The position numbers and the translations under genes are program-made. The notes beneath the pieces were generated by a model. That model did no database searches. It saw only the letters and a program-made list of their open reading frames with translations, and was not told where the DNA came from. From positions 1 through 33,962 of the IMG/VR virus record IMGVR_UViG_3300027566_000022: a DNA stretch of 33,962 nt. One strand, written 5' to 3'. This DNA comes from a virus (Duplodnaviria > Caudoviricetes). Positions 18,090 to 27,248 of this stretch are shown here, one piece after another (the first letter of the stretch is position 1; every line of letters starts with the position of its first letter).

Positions 18090-18332
18090 ATGTTGCGGGA
18101 ACTTGACGACATTCGTCTGACTCAGGCCATAACCAGCAAGGGCAACGCTGATCTTGTGCGTCGCGCAGTGGCCCTGCCTGCGGGCACAGAAGGTACGGTC
18201 ATGAGCGCGTATCCTAATGGCGCGGCAGATGTCGAGTTTTACGTTGGTGTCAGCGATAATGCTCCCTATGGTTACGTGTTGATCACGCTAGAGCCGACAC
18301 AGTTTGAGAGGATCGCCAAAAACGCCGCCTAA
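18090..18332 (+). CDS. DUF4926-like small protein (putative immunity/antitoxin)
   Basis: 80 aa MLRELDDIRLT...LPAGTEGTVMSAY...DVEF; ATG one base after the MuF stop. Confidence 0.72.
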   Translation: MLRELDDIRLTQAITSKGNADLVRRAVALPAGTEGTVMSAYPNGAADVEFYVGVSDNAPYGYVLITLEPTQFERIAKNAA

Positions 18333-18427
18333 CGACCTATATATGGCCGGAGCGTATCACCGTGCCAAAGTGATACATTAATCGAGCACGGGGCATCGTA
18401 AACGCCCGTAAACACCACTCCCACGAC

Positions 18428-18480
18428 AAGGCACCCCGAACAATTTCGGGGTGCCTTTTTTTGTGCCCCTCGCGCATGGT
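18428..18480 (+). promoter_or_regulatory. Late promoter 2 (head genes), overlapping an intrinsic terminator
   Basis: CCCCGAACAATTTCGGGGTG 18434-18453 inside 13-bp stem AAGGCACCCCGAA/TTCGGGGTGCCTT plus T run; CATGGT 18475-18480. Confidence 0.78.
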
Positions 18481-18486
18481 CTACCT

Positions 18487-19770
18487 ATGCGCATCTATAC
18501 CACTGCCAAACTCTCCGAAAACATCTCGCGCACCCCCGAAGGCTACCTGCTTTGCAAGGGGGCTGCCTTGGCGCGCACTGGCACAATGGCTTACCTGCCG
18601 GAAGAGGTGCCGCCGGAAATCGTCAAAGGTTTCAGCGGCGACCAGGTGTTTATTACCCGCGACGAAGCCGAGGTTTTTCGGCCTGCCACGCTGGCCAGCT
18701 TTGAGGGCAAACCCTTCACGCTGAACCATCCAGACGAAGACGTATCCCCCGACAACTGGTCAGAGCTGGCCCACGGATTTGCATTCAACGTGCGCCGAGG
18801 TGACGGCCGCCAGCAGGATCTGATGCTGGCCGACATCCTGATTACCGAGGCAGATGCCATTGATGCAGTACTGCATGACGGCATGCGCGAGCTGTCGTGC
18901 GGGTATGATTGTGATTTTGAGGTAATCCGGCCCGGCGTGGGACGGCAAATCAATATTATGGGCAACCATGTGGCGCTTGTAGACCACGGCCGGGCCGGGG
19001 CGCGCTGCAAAATCAAAGATCAAAGGGAGACCCCTATGAACCCCAAAAAGACAAAAAAGCCCAGCTGGGTGGATAAAATGCGCCGCCTGCTGAAGGACGC
19101 GGAAGCCGAAGAGGCCAAGGCCCCGCAGGACGAGGACACGCCTCCCCCGCAGGATGAGGACAATCCCGTGGCCACCACGGATGACGACGTGGCCGCCAGC
19201 CTGGAAGAAATCAAGCTCATGATGCGTACCATCTTGGAGCTTCTCAAGCCGCAGGGCACGGATGAAGATCCGCAGGCCCAGGACGAAGACCCGGACCAGA
19301 GCGCGCAGGACGAGGACGATCCCCAGGCTGATGAAGACCCGGACCAGAGCGCGCAGGATGAAGACGATCCTCAGGCTGATGAAGACCTCCCGGTCAAAAG
19401 CGCAGACCGCAAGCCTGGCCGCATGGCCGACGCCGCCACTGTGCGCAGTGCCAAACGCATGGGGCTGTCTGGCTGCCGCATGGGCGATAACGCTGATGTT
19501 GTACGCCGCACTGCGTTGGGCATGGCCTGCCGCAACCCCAACACCCGCCGCATCGTGGACAGCGTTCTTGGTGGCAAGGCTATTGCCAATGCCACCGTTG
19601 CCGAAGTGCGGGCCGCGTTTGCTGCTGTGGGGGTGCTTGCCGGAGCTGGCAACAACCGCCGCACTGTGGACAGCCTTTCCAGCCCCGGCGCTGGCGGCAA
19701 AAAGGGGACGATTACGCCCGCCGAAATCAACAAGCTTAACGCCGCGTACTACGGCAAAGGGGGCAAGTAA
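18487..19770 (+). CDS. DUF2213 prohead protease/scaffold
   Basis: ATG 18487; TPEGYLLC, ARTG, SFEGKPFTLNHP, RELSCGYDCD, GNHVALVDHGRAG; acidic C-terminal scaffold region. Confidence 0.88.
   Translation: MRIYTTAKLSENISRTPEGYLLCKGAALARTGTMAYLPEEVPPEIVKGFSGDQVFITRDEAEVFRPATLASFEGKPFTLNHPDEDVSPDNWSELAHGFAFNVRRGDGRQQDLMLADILITEADAIDAVLHDGMRELSCGYDCDFEVIRPGVGRQINIMGNHVALVDHGRAGARCKIKDQRETPMNPKKTKKPSWVDKMRRLLKDAEAEEAKAPQDEDTPPPQDEDNPVATTDDDVAASLEEIKLMMRTILELLKPQGTDEDPQAQDEDPDQSAQDEDDPQADEDPDQSAQDEDDPQADEDLPVKSADRKPGRMADAATVRSAKRMGLSGCRMGDNADVVRRTALGMACRNPNTRRIVDSVLGGKAIANATVAEVRAAFAAVGVLAGAGNNRRTVDSLSSPGAGGKKGTITPAEINKLNAAYYGKGGK
19282..19387 (+). repeat. 48-bp coding tandem repeat (about 2.2 copies; DEDPDQSAQDEDDPQA)
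   Basis: Units 19282-19329 and 19330-19377 differ only at synonymous positions; partial third unit. Confidence 0.9.
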
Positions 19771-20219
19771 TGAGCAACGCCTACCTCAAACGGATGCCCG
19801 CCGGTTTCCCCGGCGATGTGAGCCGCAAGGCTGAAGCCACAGTAGAAGCCGGGCTTATGGGCGCAACCGTTGCCTTTGGCGCTCCGGTCAAAATGGACGG
19901 GGGCAAGTTTGTTGCGCTCTCGGGCGCGTCCGATGCCGTCTACGGTTTTGTGGTGCGCCCGTACCCGACCATGGATAATGCGGCGGCACCTGACAGTATC
20001 CAGGATGTGCTGCGACGGGGTTACATGACCGTCAAGCTGACCCAGGGGACAGCGGCCAAGGGCAGCCAGGTCTATGTGCGCCACACGGCAGAGACCGGCA
20101 AGGCCGTGGGTGACATCGAGGCCGCCGCCGTTGAGGGCAAAACCCTGGCCGTGCCGGGCTGCCTGTTTATGGGCGAGGCCGATGCCATGGGCAACGTCGA
20201 ACTGTCCTACAATCTGTAA
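19770..20219 (+). CDS. Head decoration/cement protein
   Basis: RMPAGFPGDVSR, GFVVRPYP, VLRRGYMTV; between protease and major capsid gene. Confidence 0.72.
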   Translation: MSNAYLKRMPAGFPGDVSRKAEATVEAGLMGATVAFGAPVKMDGGKFVALSGASDAVYGFVVRPYPTMDNAAAPDSIQDVLRRGYMTVKLTQGTAAKGSQVYVRHTAETGKAVGDIEAAAVEGKTLAVPGCLFMGEADAMGNVELSYNL

Positions 20220-20228
20220 GGAGCATCA

Positions 20229-21164
20229 ATGTTTACGCTTGATAAAAAAACTATCCGCGATGCTGGCGCGTTTTTTGTGGGCGAGCTGGAGCGCCTGGAT
20301 CTTACAATCCACAATCCTCTGGCAGTGGTCACCTGGGGCAGGGATATAGACCTGCGCGATGACGTGACCCTGGGCGATGAACTGAGTTCGTTCACCAACA
20401 GCAGCTTTGCTGCCGCTGGTGGCATCTACGCCAACGGCATCAACTGGGTGGGCAAGGACAGCACAGCCATTGCCGGCATGGCCGTGAGCATCGACAAAAC
20501 CAGTAAGCCCCTGCGCCTGTGGGGCCAGGAGATCGGGTTTACCGTGCAAGAACTCGCGGCCGCCCAACGTGTGGGCCGCCCCATCGACCTGCAGAAGTTT
20601 GACGGTCTTAAGCTCAAAAACCAGATGGACATCGACCAGATGGTCTACCTGGGCGACGATGTGGTGGGGGCCACCGGGCTGTGTAACAACGCGTCCATCA
20701 CCCCCCTGACAGTGGCAAAGACGTGGGCAACCTCCACCCCTCTTGAGATATTGGCCAGTATCAACAGTGTACTGGAGACTGCCTGGGCACAAAGTGGCTA
20801 TGCCATATTGCCGGACCGTCTGCTGGTGCCGCCCACGGCCATGAGCAAATTGACCCAGCCCATCACGGACGCTGGCAGCATGAGCATACTGCAGTATGTG
20901 CGGGAGCAGTGCCTGTGCAACTCTGTCAACGGTCGCCCGCTGGAAATTGCCCCGGTTAAACACCTGACGGGCGCTGGTGTGGGCAAAAAAGACCGCATGG
21001 TGGCTTACACCAAGGATCGCCAGTATGTGCGCTATCCCCTGGTGCCCTTGCAGCACACTCCGGTGGAATATCGGGGGCTGTACCAGATCACCACCTACTA
21101 TGCGGCCCTGGGCGAGCTGGAGTTTGTGTACGCCGAAACTGTGGCTTACGCCGACGGCATCTAG
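20229..21164 (+). CDS. Major capsid protein, DUF2184 type
   Basis: GAFFVGELERLD...TWGRDIDLR, MDIDQMVYLGD, PDRLLVPP, DRMVAYTKD. Confidence 0.88.
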   Translation: MFTLDKKTIRDAGAFFVGELERLDLTIHNPLAVVTWGRDIDLRDDVTLGDELSSFTNSSFAAAGGIYANGINWVGKDSTAIAGMAVSIDKTSKPLRLWGQEIGFTVQELAAAQRVGRPIDLQKFDGLKLKNQMDIDQMVYLGDDVVGATGLCNNASITPLTVAKTWATSTPLEILASINSVLETAWAQSGYAILPDRLLVPPTAMSKLTQPITDAGSMSILQYVREQCLCNSVNGRPLEIAPVKHLTGAGVGKKDRMVAYTKDRQYVRYPLVPLQHTPVEYRGLYQITTYYAALGELEFVYAETVAYADGI

Positions 21165-21166
21165 CT

Positions 21167-21568
21167 ATGGACATCGCCGCCTTTCGTGACTCTTTTCCGC
21201 AATTTACGGCGGAGCTGGTGCCGGACGCGCGCGTGCAGTTTCACCTCACCGTGGCGGGCAAGCTGTTGCCCGCCAAACGGTGGGACGATCTGCTGGATCA
21301 GGGCTTGGGTCTGTATGTTGCCCACCAGCTCACGCTGGAGCTGGAGGCTCTCAAAGCCCAGGACGGTACGGGCGGCATTGACGCCGCTGCCGGTCCGGTG
21401 ACGGCAGAGACCAAGACCGTGGGCAGTATGTCCCATGCTGTAACGCGAGCCGGTGCATCTGGCCAGGGCAGCGCCCTGGTCAATGCCGGACAGTACAACA
21501 ACACAATCTATGGCCAGCAGCTCTGGCAGCTCATGCAGATTGTAGGCGCAGGCGGGTTGATGGCATGA
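21167..21568 (+). CDS. DUF4054 head-tail adaptor
   Basis: FRDSFPQF, LYVAHQL, YNNTIYGQQLWQL...GAGG. Confidence 0.82.
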   Translation: MDIAAFRDSFPQFTAELVPDARVQFHLTVAGKLLPAKRWDDLLDQGLGLYVAHQLTLELEALKAQDGTGGIDAAAGPVTAETKTVGSMSHAVTRAGASGQGSALVNAGQYNNTIYGQQLWQLMQIVGAGGLMA

Positions 21569-22149
21569 AGCCGACCGTAACCGTCAAACAGACTGCGGAT
21601 ATGACAAAGCTGATGACGCAAGGCGTCGCAGCCCTGACCAAGGTAGACGTGTACATCGGCGTGCCCGCAGAAAATGCGGGCGCACGTGCGGGCGGCATTA
21701 ACAACGCGGAGCTGTCGTATATTCACGAGTTTGGCGCACCAGCGGCGGGCATACCGGCCCGCCCCCACTTGGTGCCGGGAATTGAGGACATAAAGGGCGA
21801 GGCTGCCAAAACCATGAAGGATGCGGCCAAGCAGGCCTTGGAAGGCAATGACGGGGCTGTTGAGACAGCCCTTAACCGCATCGGCCTGCTGGGCCAGAAC
21901 GCGGTGCGCGCCCGATTTCAAAACAATGATTGGGCCCCACTCAAAGATTCAACCCTGGACTACGCTGCGCCTAAAAAGGATGCCGAAGGCAACACGCTGA
22001 CGGACAAAAAAGGCAGGGTCAAAAGAGGCAAATCCCGCCGGGATGAAGGCAAGACCAACCCCCTGATGGACACGGGCCAGCTGATGAAAAGTCACACCTA
22101 CGTGATCCGTAAACGCGGCCAGGGCATGGTCACCCCAGGAGGTAAATGA
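21565..22149 (+). CDS. Neck / tail-completion protein
   Basis: NAELSYIHEFG...IPARPHL, PLMDTGQL. Confidence 0.72.
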   Translation: MKPTVTVKQTADMTKLMTQGVAALTKVDVYIGVPAENAGARAGGINNAELSYIHEFGAPAAGIPARPHLVPGIEDIKGEAAKTMKDAAKQALEGNDGAVETALNRIGLLGQNAVRARFQNNDWAPLKDSTLDYAAPKKDAEGNTLTDKKGRVKRGKSRRDEGKTNPLMDTGQLMKSHTYVIRKRGQGMVTPGGK

Positions 22150-22505
22150 TGCTGGATGTGTCGGCGCTGCTTGATGACCAATCGTTTTGTATATCGTTTA
22201 CGGTGGTGCGTAGCGCCGAAGCTGTAAACGATAAGGGCCGTGCTGCATATGTGGAGGTTTCCACCCCCATGACCGGCGTGGTGCAGCCTGCCACTGCCCG
22301 CGAATTGGAGCGCCTGCCCGAAGGCGAGCGGGACAAGGAGACTCTGACTATTTACACGCGGCAGCCGCTGCGCGTGGGCAATCTTGCCAACGGCACCGCA
22401 GCCGATTGCGTGCAGTACAACGGCGCGCGCTACACAATAGCCGCAGTAGAGACATGGCCAGGCTACACCCGCGCCCTGGCACAAAAGGAACTAGATAATG
22501 GCTGA
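22146..22505 (+). CDS. Putative head-closure protein
   Basis: GVVQPA...LERLPEGER; synteny. Confidence 0.68.
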   Translation: MMLDVSALLDDQSFCISFTVVRSAEAVNDKGRAAYVEVSTPMTGVVQPATARELERLPEGERDKETLTIYTRQPLRVGNLANGTAADCVQYNGARYTIAAVETWPGYTRALAQKELDNG

Positions 22506-23070
22506 TTCCGTCAACCCCAGCAGTCTGGAAGCCGGATGGCTACGCCCGGCCGCTGGGCCGGACGAGGACGTACTCGAAAATGCGCTGCACGACATGGTCT
22601 GCGGGCTGACGGGCTTGCCTGGTCAGATGGTACGCCCCCGCTGGCAGCCCAACCCACCCAAACAGCCCGCGCCTGACCAGCATTGGTGCGCGTTTGGCGT
22701 TATCAATGAGGCCGCGCCCGGTGGTGCGGCCTGGCACCAGGGCGGTGCCACTCATGTGGAGATACACGAGCGCCTGGTCGTTATGTGCAGTTTTTACGGG
22801 CCGCAGGCCAGGGCATTGGCCAGGTCGCTACGGGATGGCCTGTATGTGGAGCAAAACCGGTCGATGCTGCGTGATCTGGCCAATCTGGCCTTTGTGGAGG
22901 CCGGGGACATTGTGCCCGCTCCCGAGCTGGTGGGTCTGCGCTGGATACGCCGCCAGGACATCACAATCACCCTCACTCGTGGTCCTAAAATAGATACAGA
23001 TGAGGGCCTTACGGACATCAGAGATATCGCCAGCGCCAAGGCTTGCGGCCTCTGTGGTCGCTCGCGATAG
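22498..23070 (+). CDS. Putative tail terminator / neck protein
   Basis: GLPGQMVRPRWQPNPP, WCAFGV, CSFYGP; precedes the sheath gene. Confidence 0.7.
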   Translation: MADSVNPSSLEAGWLRPAAGPDEDVLENALHDMVCGLTGLPGQMVRPRWQPNPPKQPAPDQHWCAFGVINEAAPGGAAWHQGGATHVEIHERLVVMCSFYGPQARALARSLRDGLYVEQNRSMLRDLANLAFVEAGDIVPAPELVGLRWIRRQDITITLTRGPKIDTDEGLTDIRDIASAKACGLCGRSR

Positions 23071-23079
23071 GAGGATTTT

Positions 23080-24561
23080 ATGGCAACAAAAGCGCTTGCC
23101 GTTGACCGCGTTGTCAACGTCACCATCAATTTGCAGGCCCTTGCCGCCAGCCGCCGTAATTTTGGAGTGCTGCTGATTGTGGGCAGCTCCGAAGTTATTT
23201 CGGCCAGTGAGCGCATCCGCAGCTACACCGGCATTGACGGAGTTGCGGCAGACTTTGGCGTGGAAGCTCCCGAATATCTGGCGGCGGAACTGTTCTTCAG
23301 CCAATCGCCGCGCCCCGCAATTTTACAGATCGGTCGCTGGCTCAAGCAGCCCACCAGCGCCATGCTGCGCGGCGGTATCTTGACCGCCGAAGAAGCGGCG
23401 CTTGCGCAGTGGACGGGCATCAGTGATGGCAGCCTGACTGTGCATGTGGCTGGGGCCACACATGAAGTATCTGGCCTGGACTTCCGGTCTGCCACCAATC
23501 TCAATGCCGTGGCATCGGCCATCAGTGCCAAGGTTGCCGCCAATGGCGTGGCCTGCGCCTGGGACGGCGAGCGGTTTACGCTCACGACTACGGCCACAGG
23601 GCCGGAGGCCACACTCACATACTGCACGGACGCCACTGCCGGTGGCACTGCCCTGGCTGCAAAAATCAAGCTGACCGAGGCCACCGCCCTGGCTCCTCTA
23701 GATGGCCAGACGGCGGAAACCATCAAGCAGTGCGTGGTGGAGCTGGCGGATCGGGGCGACTGGTACGGGCTGGCCATCGCTGACAGCAGCTTGACGGTGG
23801 ATGATCATCTGATTGTTGCCCAGTACATCCAAGCAGCCAGCAAAAGCCGTATTTACGCGGCCACTATCACGGACACCCGCGTGCTTGATGCCGCCTTTGC
23901 GGATGATCTGGCCAGCCGGGGCAAAGCGCTTAAGCTGTCGCGTCTGTTTGTTGCGTACAGTACCAACAAATATGCCGCTATCAGTGCCATTGGGCGAGCG
24001 TTTACAGTCAATTTTTCGGCCAACCGCAGTACTATCACGCTCAAATTCAAACAGCTCCCAAGCGTGGAAGCCGAAGGTCTGACGGAAACCCAGGCCAATA
24101 CTCTGGCCGCCAAACGCTGCAACGTGTTTGCCGCCTACAACAACGATACGGCAATCCTTCAAGATGGCGTCATGAGCGGCGACGCCTGGTTTGACGAGAT
24201 TCACGGCACCGACTGGCTGCAAAACGCCGTGCAGACCGAGCTGTGGAACTTGCTGTACCAGAGCAAGACCAAGATCCCGCAGACCAATAGCGGCGTGCAT
24301 CAGCTTATTACCTGCATCGAAAACGTGCTGGATCAGGCCGTAAACAATGCTCTGGTTGCCCCCGGCACCTGGAACGGTGACGGCTTCGGGCAGCTGGAGC
24401 GCGGCGACTATCTGCCCAAGGGCTACTACGTCTATTCGGAGCCGATCGAATTACAGGCGCAGAGCGAGCGCGAAAAGCGCGTGGCTCCGCCTATCCAGTG
24501 CGCCATAAAACTGGCCGGAGCTATCCACTCTGTGGATGTGGCCATAAACGTAAACAGGTAA
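23080..24561 (+). CDS. Tail sheath protein, DUF3383 type
   Basis: 493 aa; VVNVTI, DFGVEAPEYLAA..FFSQSPRP, TITLKFKQ, FDEIHGTDWL, KIPQT, AGAIH. Confidence 0.88.
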   Translation: MATKALAVDRVVNVTINLQALAASRRNFGVLLIVGSSEVISASERIRSYTGIDGVAADFGVEAPEYLAAELFFSQSPRPAILQIGRWLKQPTSAMLRGGILTAEEAALAQWTGISDGSLTVHVAGATHEVSGLDFRSATNLNAVASAISAKVAANGVACAWDGERFTLTTTATGPEATLTYCTDATAGGTALAAKIKLTEATALAPLDGQTAETIKQCVVELADRGDWYGLAIADSSLTVDDHLIVAQYIQAASKSRIYAATITDTRVLDAAFADDLASRGKALKLSRLFVAYSTNKYAAISAIGRAFTVNFSANRSTITLKFKQLPSVEAEGLTETQANTLAAKRCNVFAAYNNDTAILQDGVMSGDAWFDEIHGTDWLQNAVQTELWNLLYQSKTKIPQTNSGVHQLITCIENVLDQAVNNALVAPGTWNGDGFGQLERGDYLPKGYYVYSEPIELQAQSEREKRVAPPIQCAIKLAGAIHSVDVAINVNR

Positions 24562-24565
24562 GAAC

Positions 24566-25027
24566 ATGGGATTCGCATATTCTTTTCTTGATGTTCATGC
24601 GGCTATCAGCGGCCCTGGCGGGAACTTCCCGCTTTCGGGTGACCGGGCAGGCATTGCCCAGGAGGGCCTGACCATTGCCCCCACAGGAGACAAAAACACA
24701 ATGACCACGGGGGCAGACGGTGCCGTCATGCACAGCCTGTTGGCTGACGCCAGCGGCACAATTACGGTCAATTTGCTGCGCACCAGCCCCGTCAACAGGC
24801 AGTTGCAGGAGATGTACAACTATCAGGCGCAAAGCAGCGCAAATTGGGGCCGCAACACCATAACCGTGCGCGATGTGGCTCGCGGCGATACTGTGACTTG
24901 CCAAGAAGTGGCCTTTGCCAAAAGCCCGGAAAAAGTCTTTGCCAAGGAAGGTGGATCGCTCCAATGGACGTTCCATGCGGGCAAAGTGGAAGGCCAGATC
25001 GGCAGTGGCACGCCGGAAATCTCGTAG
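24566..25027 (+). CDS. Tail tube protein, DUF3277 type
   Basis: YSFLDV.A.I.GPGG, KNTMTTGADG..MHSL, TSPVN. Confidence 0.85.
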   Translation: MGFAYSFLDVHAAISGPGGNFPLSGDRAGIAQEGLTIAPTGDKNTMTTGADGAVMHSLLADASGTITVNLLRTSPVNRQLQEMYNYQAQSSANWGRNTITVRDVARGDTVTCQEVAFAKSPEKVFAKEGGSLQWTFHAGKVEGQIGSGTPEIS

Positions 25028-25036
25028 GAGTAAGCC

Positions 25037-25456
25037 ATGAATGAAGTTGAAATCCAGGGCACTGTTTACAAGATCGGCAAGTTGAACGCCTTTGCGCAGA
25101 TGTATGTGCTTAAGCGCGCCGCCCCGGTGCTTGGCAAATTGCAAGGCGTACTTGCCGCCGCAGACAATAAGGATGCCAAGCTGGCAGACGTGCTTGGTCC
25201 TCTGGGCGTGGTCATCGGCGAGCTGCCGGATGAAAGCCTGGAATATGTGTGCAATGCCGCTCTGGACGTTGTGGATATGCGCCAGGCTGGCGGCGGCTGG
25301 GCACCCGTGCGCAGCAAGGGGCAACTCATGTACCCGGACATGGATCTGTTGACTATGCTAAGTCTGACGGCCCACGTGCTGAAGGATAACCTGACCACTT
25401 TTTTTCGCGCACTCCCGGCGTTGCAAGCGCCGGGACAGGAACCGAAGACGACGTAG
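25037..25456 (+). CDS. Tail assembly chaperone (G-like)
   Basis: Between tube and tape measure; GGAG RBS; slippery T-TTT-TTT near the 3' end. Confidence 0.82.
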   Translation: MNEVEIQGTVYKIGKLNAFAQMYVLKRAAPVLGKLQGVLAAADNKDAKLADVLGPLGVVIGELPDESLEYVCNAALDVVDMRQAGGGWAPVRSKGQLMYPDMDLLTMLSLTAHVLKDNLTTFFRALPALQAPGQEPKTT

Positions 25457-25650
25457 ACGTTGACTGGGTATGCCTGCCGGGCGGCGAGGACTGGCTGTTG
25501 CGGCCCGTGTTGCGAGGCATGTGCCGGTATGAGAGCCTCAAGGATTGTACCCTGGACCTGGCAGACGTGGCCCTGATGAATGACGCATGCAATGTGCAAG
25601 ATGAAAACGAGCGCCGTTACCTGGCGGCGCTCAAGAATAAGGATGCCTGA
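25405..25650 (+). CDS. Frameshifted chaperone extension (GT-like), -1 frame of 25037-25456
   Basis: -1 frame open from 25390 to TGA 25648-25650: ...LPGGEDWLLRPVLRGMCRYESLKDCTLDLADVALMNDA...; TGATG-coupled to the tape measure gene; absent from the ORF track. Confidence 0.8.
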   Translation, partial: SRTPGVASAGTGTEDDVDVDWVCLPGGEDWLLRPVLRGMCRYESLKDCTLDLADVALMNDACNVQDENERRYLAALKNKDA

Positions 25651-27248
25651 TGGCCGTAACCATCGCTGAGTTTTTGGCCTCTGTGGGCTTTCAGGCTGAC
25701 GAGGCCAGCCTGAAAGGCGCTCTGGCCAAGGTTACAGGCTTTGCGGCTGGTATCACGCTTGCAGCTGGTGCAGCCTTTGCGGGCATCATGCGTATTGCCC
25801 AGGGCGAGGTTGCACTGGCCAAGCAGGCGGACGCCTTGGGTGTGCCCATACAGAAGCTGGAAGAGTTGGGCTATGTGGCCGAACAGACCGGCAGCAGCTC
25901 TGAGGCCGTGGCCGCAGCCCTGGGCGGTCTGAAAGAAAAATACCCCTACATCAAAGATACCAGCGTGCTCCTAGAGCGCGTGGGCAACAACATGCGCGGC
26001 ATGAGCGACCAGGCCGCCAAGCTATACGCCAAACAGATGGGCATTGACCCCACTTTGGTACCGATGCTGACGCGGGACGTTAGCGGCCTCAAAAACGAAT
26101 TTGCGGCCATGTACGACGTGGCCGGTCGCGATGCCGCCAAGGCTGCGGAAGACAGCCGAGGCTTTCTCGCCGAGCTGAACAAGCTGCACACCATGAGCGG
26201 CCTGTTAGTCAAGGCCGTGGGCGGCGTGTTTTTGGGCCAGCTGCGCGGTGATGTGGAAAATTTGCGCCGCGTCATCATGGAAAATTTCGGCAAGATCAAG
26301 GCCATCTTTGAAACCGTGATCGGCGTTGTCTTCCGCATTGCAGGGGCCATCGGTGCCTTTGTGCGCCGCATGGTCATATGGGCATCTGCCCTTGTAGGCT
26401 GGTACGATAAGCTTGATGGCGGACAAAAAAAGATTATCCAGGGTCTGGTGCTGTTTGCTGCCGCCTGGAAGTTTTTGAACGCCGGTTTTCTGGCCACGCC
26501 GCTGGGCATGATTGTGGCCGGCCTGGCCGCCATAGTTGGGTTGATTGATGATTACCAAACATACATGGAGGGCGGGCGCAGCTATTTTGACTGGGGGCCA
26601 TGGGAAAAAAGCATTGAGGGTGTGCGTACCGCAATCGGCAACGCCATCGACAGCGTAACCAACTTTTTCCGCGAGCATGAAAAGCTCCTCACTGGATTCG
26701 CTGAAGGTGTTGCAATAGCCATGGGGTTAAAGGCCGTGATGATGCTCCTCAAGGGCGCTGTCGGCGGTGTGGGTATGGCCTTCCGTGTTTTGTTTGGTCT
26801 GGTTAAGGCCAACCCCTTGGGGTTGATCATAACAGCCGCCGCCATGATCTGGGAAAACTGGGACCTCATTCGTGAGAAATTTCCAGACTTCGCAGCCTGG
26901 GCAGAAAAAGCCGCTGCTGCAATAAAGAACTTTTTCGCGCCTGCTTTGGATTGGTTAAAGGAAAAACTTTCCGGCATGACGGATTGGTTGCCCGACTTTG
27001 TGAAGGAAAAAATGGGACTGGCCGTAAACGCCAATGTAACCCCGCCGCCAGACGGACCGGCGCTGAAACCGCAGCCCATACCAGCTATGGCAGCCAGCCA
27101 TACATCCCGCGAGGTTAAAGTAGAATCAAAAACGGAAATTACCCTTAATGGCGCGCAAAGCCCTGAGCAGGTTGCGGGACTGGTGGCGGGCAACCAGGAC
27201 AGGGCCGCTGCCGATATGGCGCGGCACATGCAGGGGGCAACCCGATGA
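25650..27248 (+). CDS. Tail tape measure protein
   Basis: 532 aa, Ala-rich and helical, TIAEFLASVGF start, central hydrophobic segments, spaced Trp/Phe; position after the chaperones. Confidence 0.85.
   Translation: MAVTIAEFLASVGFQADEASLKGALAKVTGFAAGITLAAGAAFAGIMRIAQGEVALAKQADALGVPIQKLEELGYVAEQTGSSSEAVAAALGGLKEKYPYIKDTSVLLERVGNNMRGMSDQAAKLYAKQMGIDPTLVPMLTRDVSGLKNEFAAMYDVAGRDAAKAAEDSRGFLAELNKLHTMSGLLVKAVGGVFLGQLRGDVENLRRVIMENFGKIKAIFETVIGVVFRIAGAIGAFVRRMVIWASALVGWYDKLDGGQKKIIQGLVLFAAAWKFLNAGFLATPLGMIVAGLAAIVGLIDDYQTYMEGGRSYFDWGPWEKSIEGVRTAIGNAIDSVTNFFREHEKLLTGFAEGVAIAMGLKAVMMLLKGAVGGVGMAFRVLFGLVKANPLGLIITAAAMIWENWDLIREKFPDFAAWAEKAAAAIKNFFAPALDWLKEKLSGMTDWLPDFVKEKMGLAVNANVTPPPDGPALKPQPIPAMAASHTSREVKVESKTEITLNGAQSPEQVAGLVAGNQDRAAADMARHMQGATR

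Noticed and set aside
20229-21164. DUF2184 protein as an encapsulin or bacteriocin
   Set aside because: It lies in a complete head operon with portal, protease and adaptor, so it is the phage capsid
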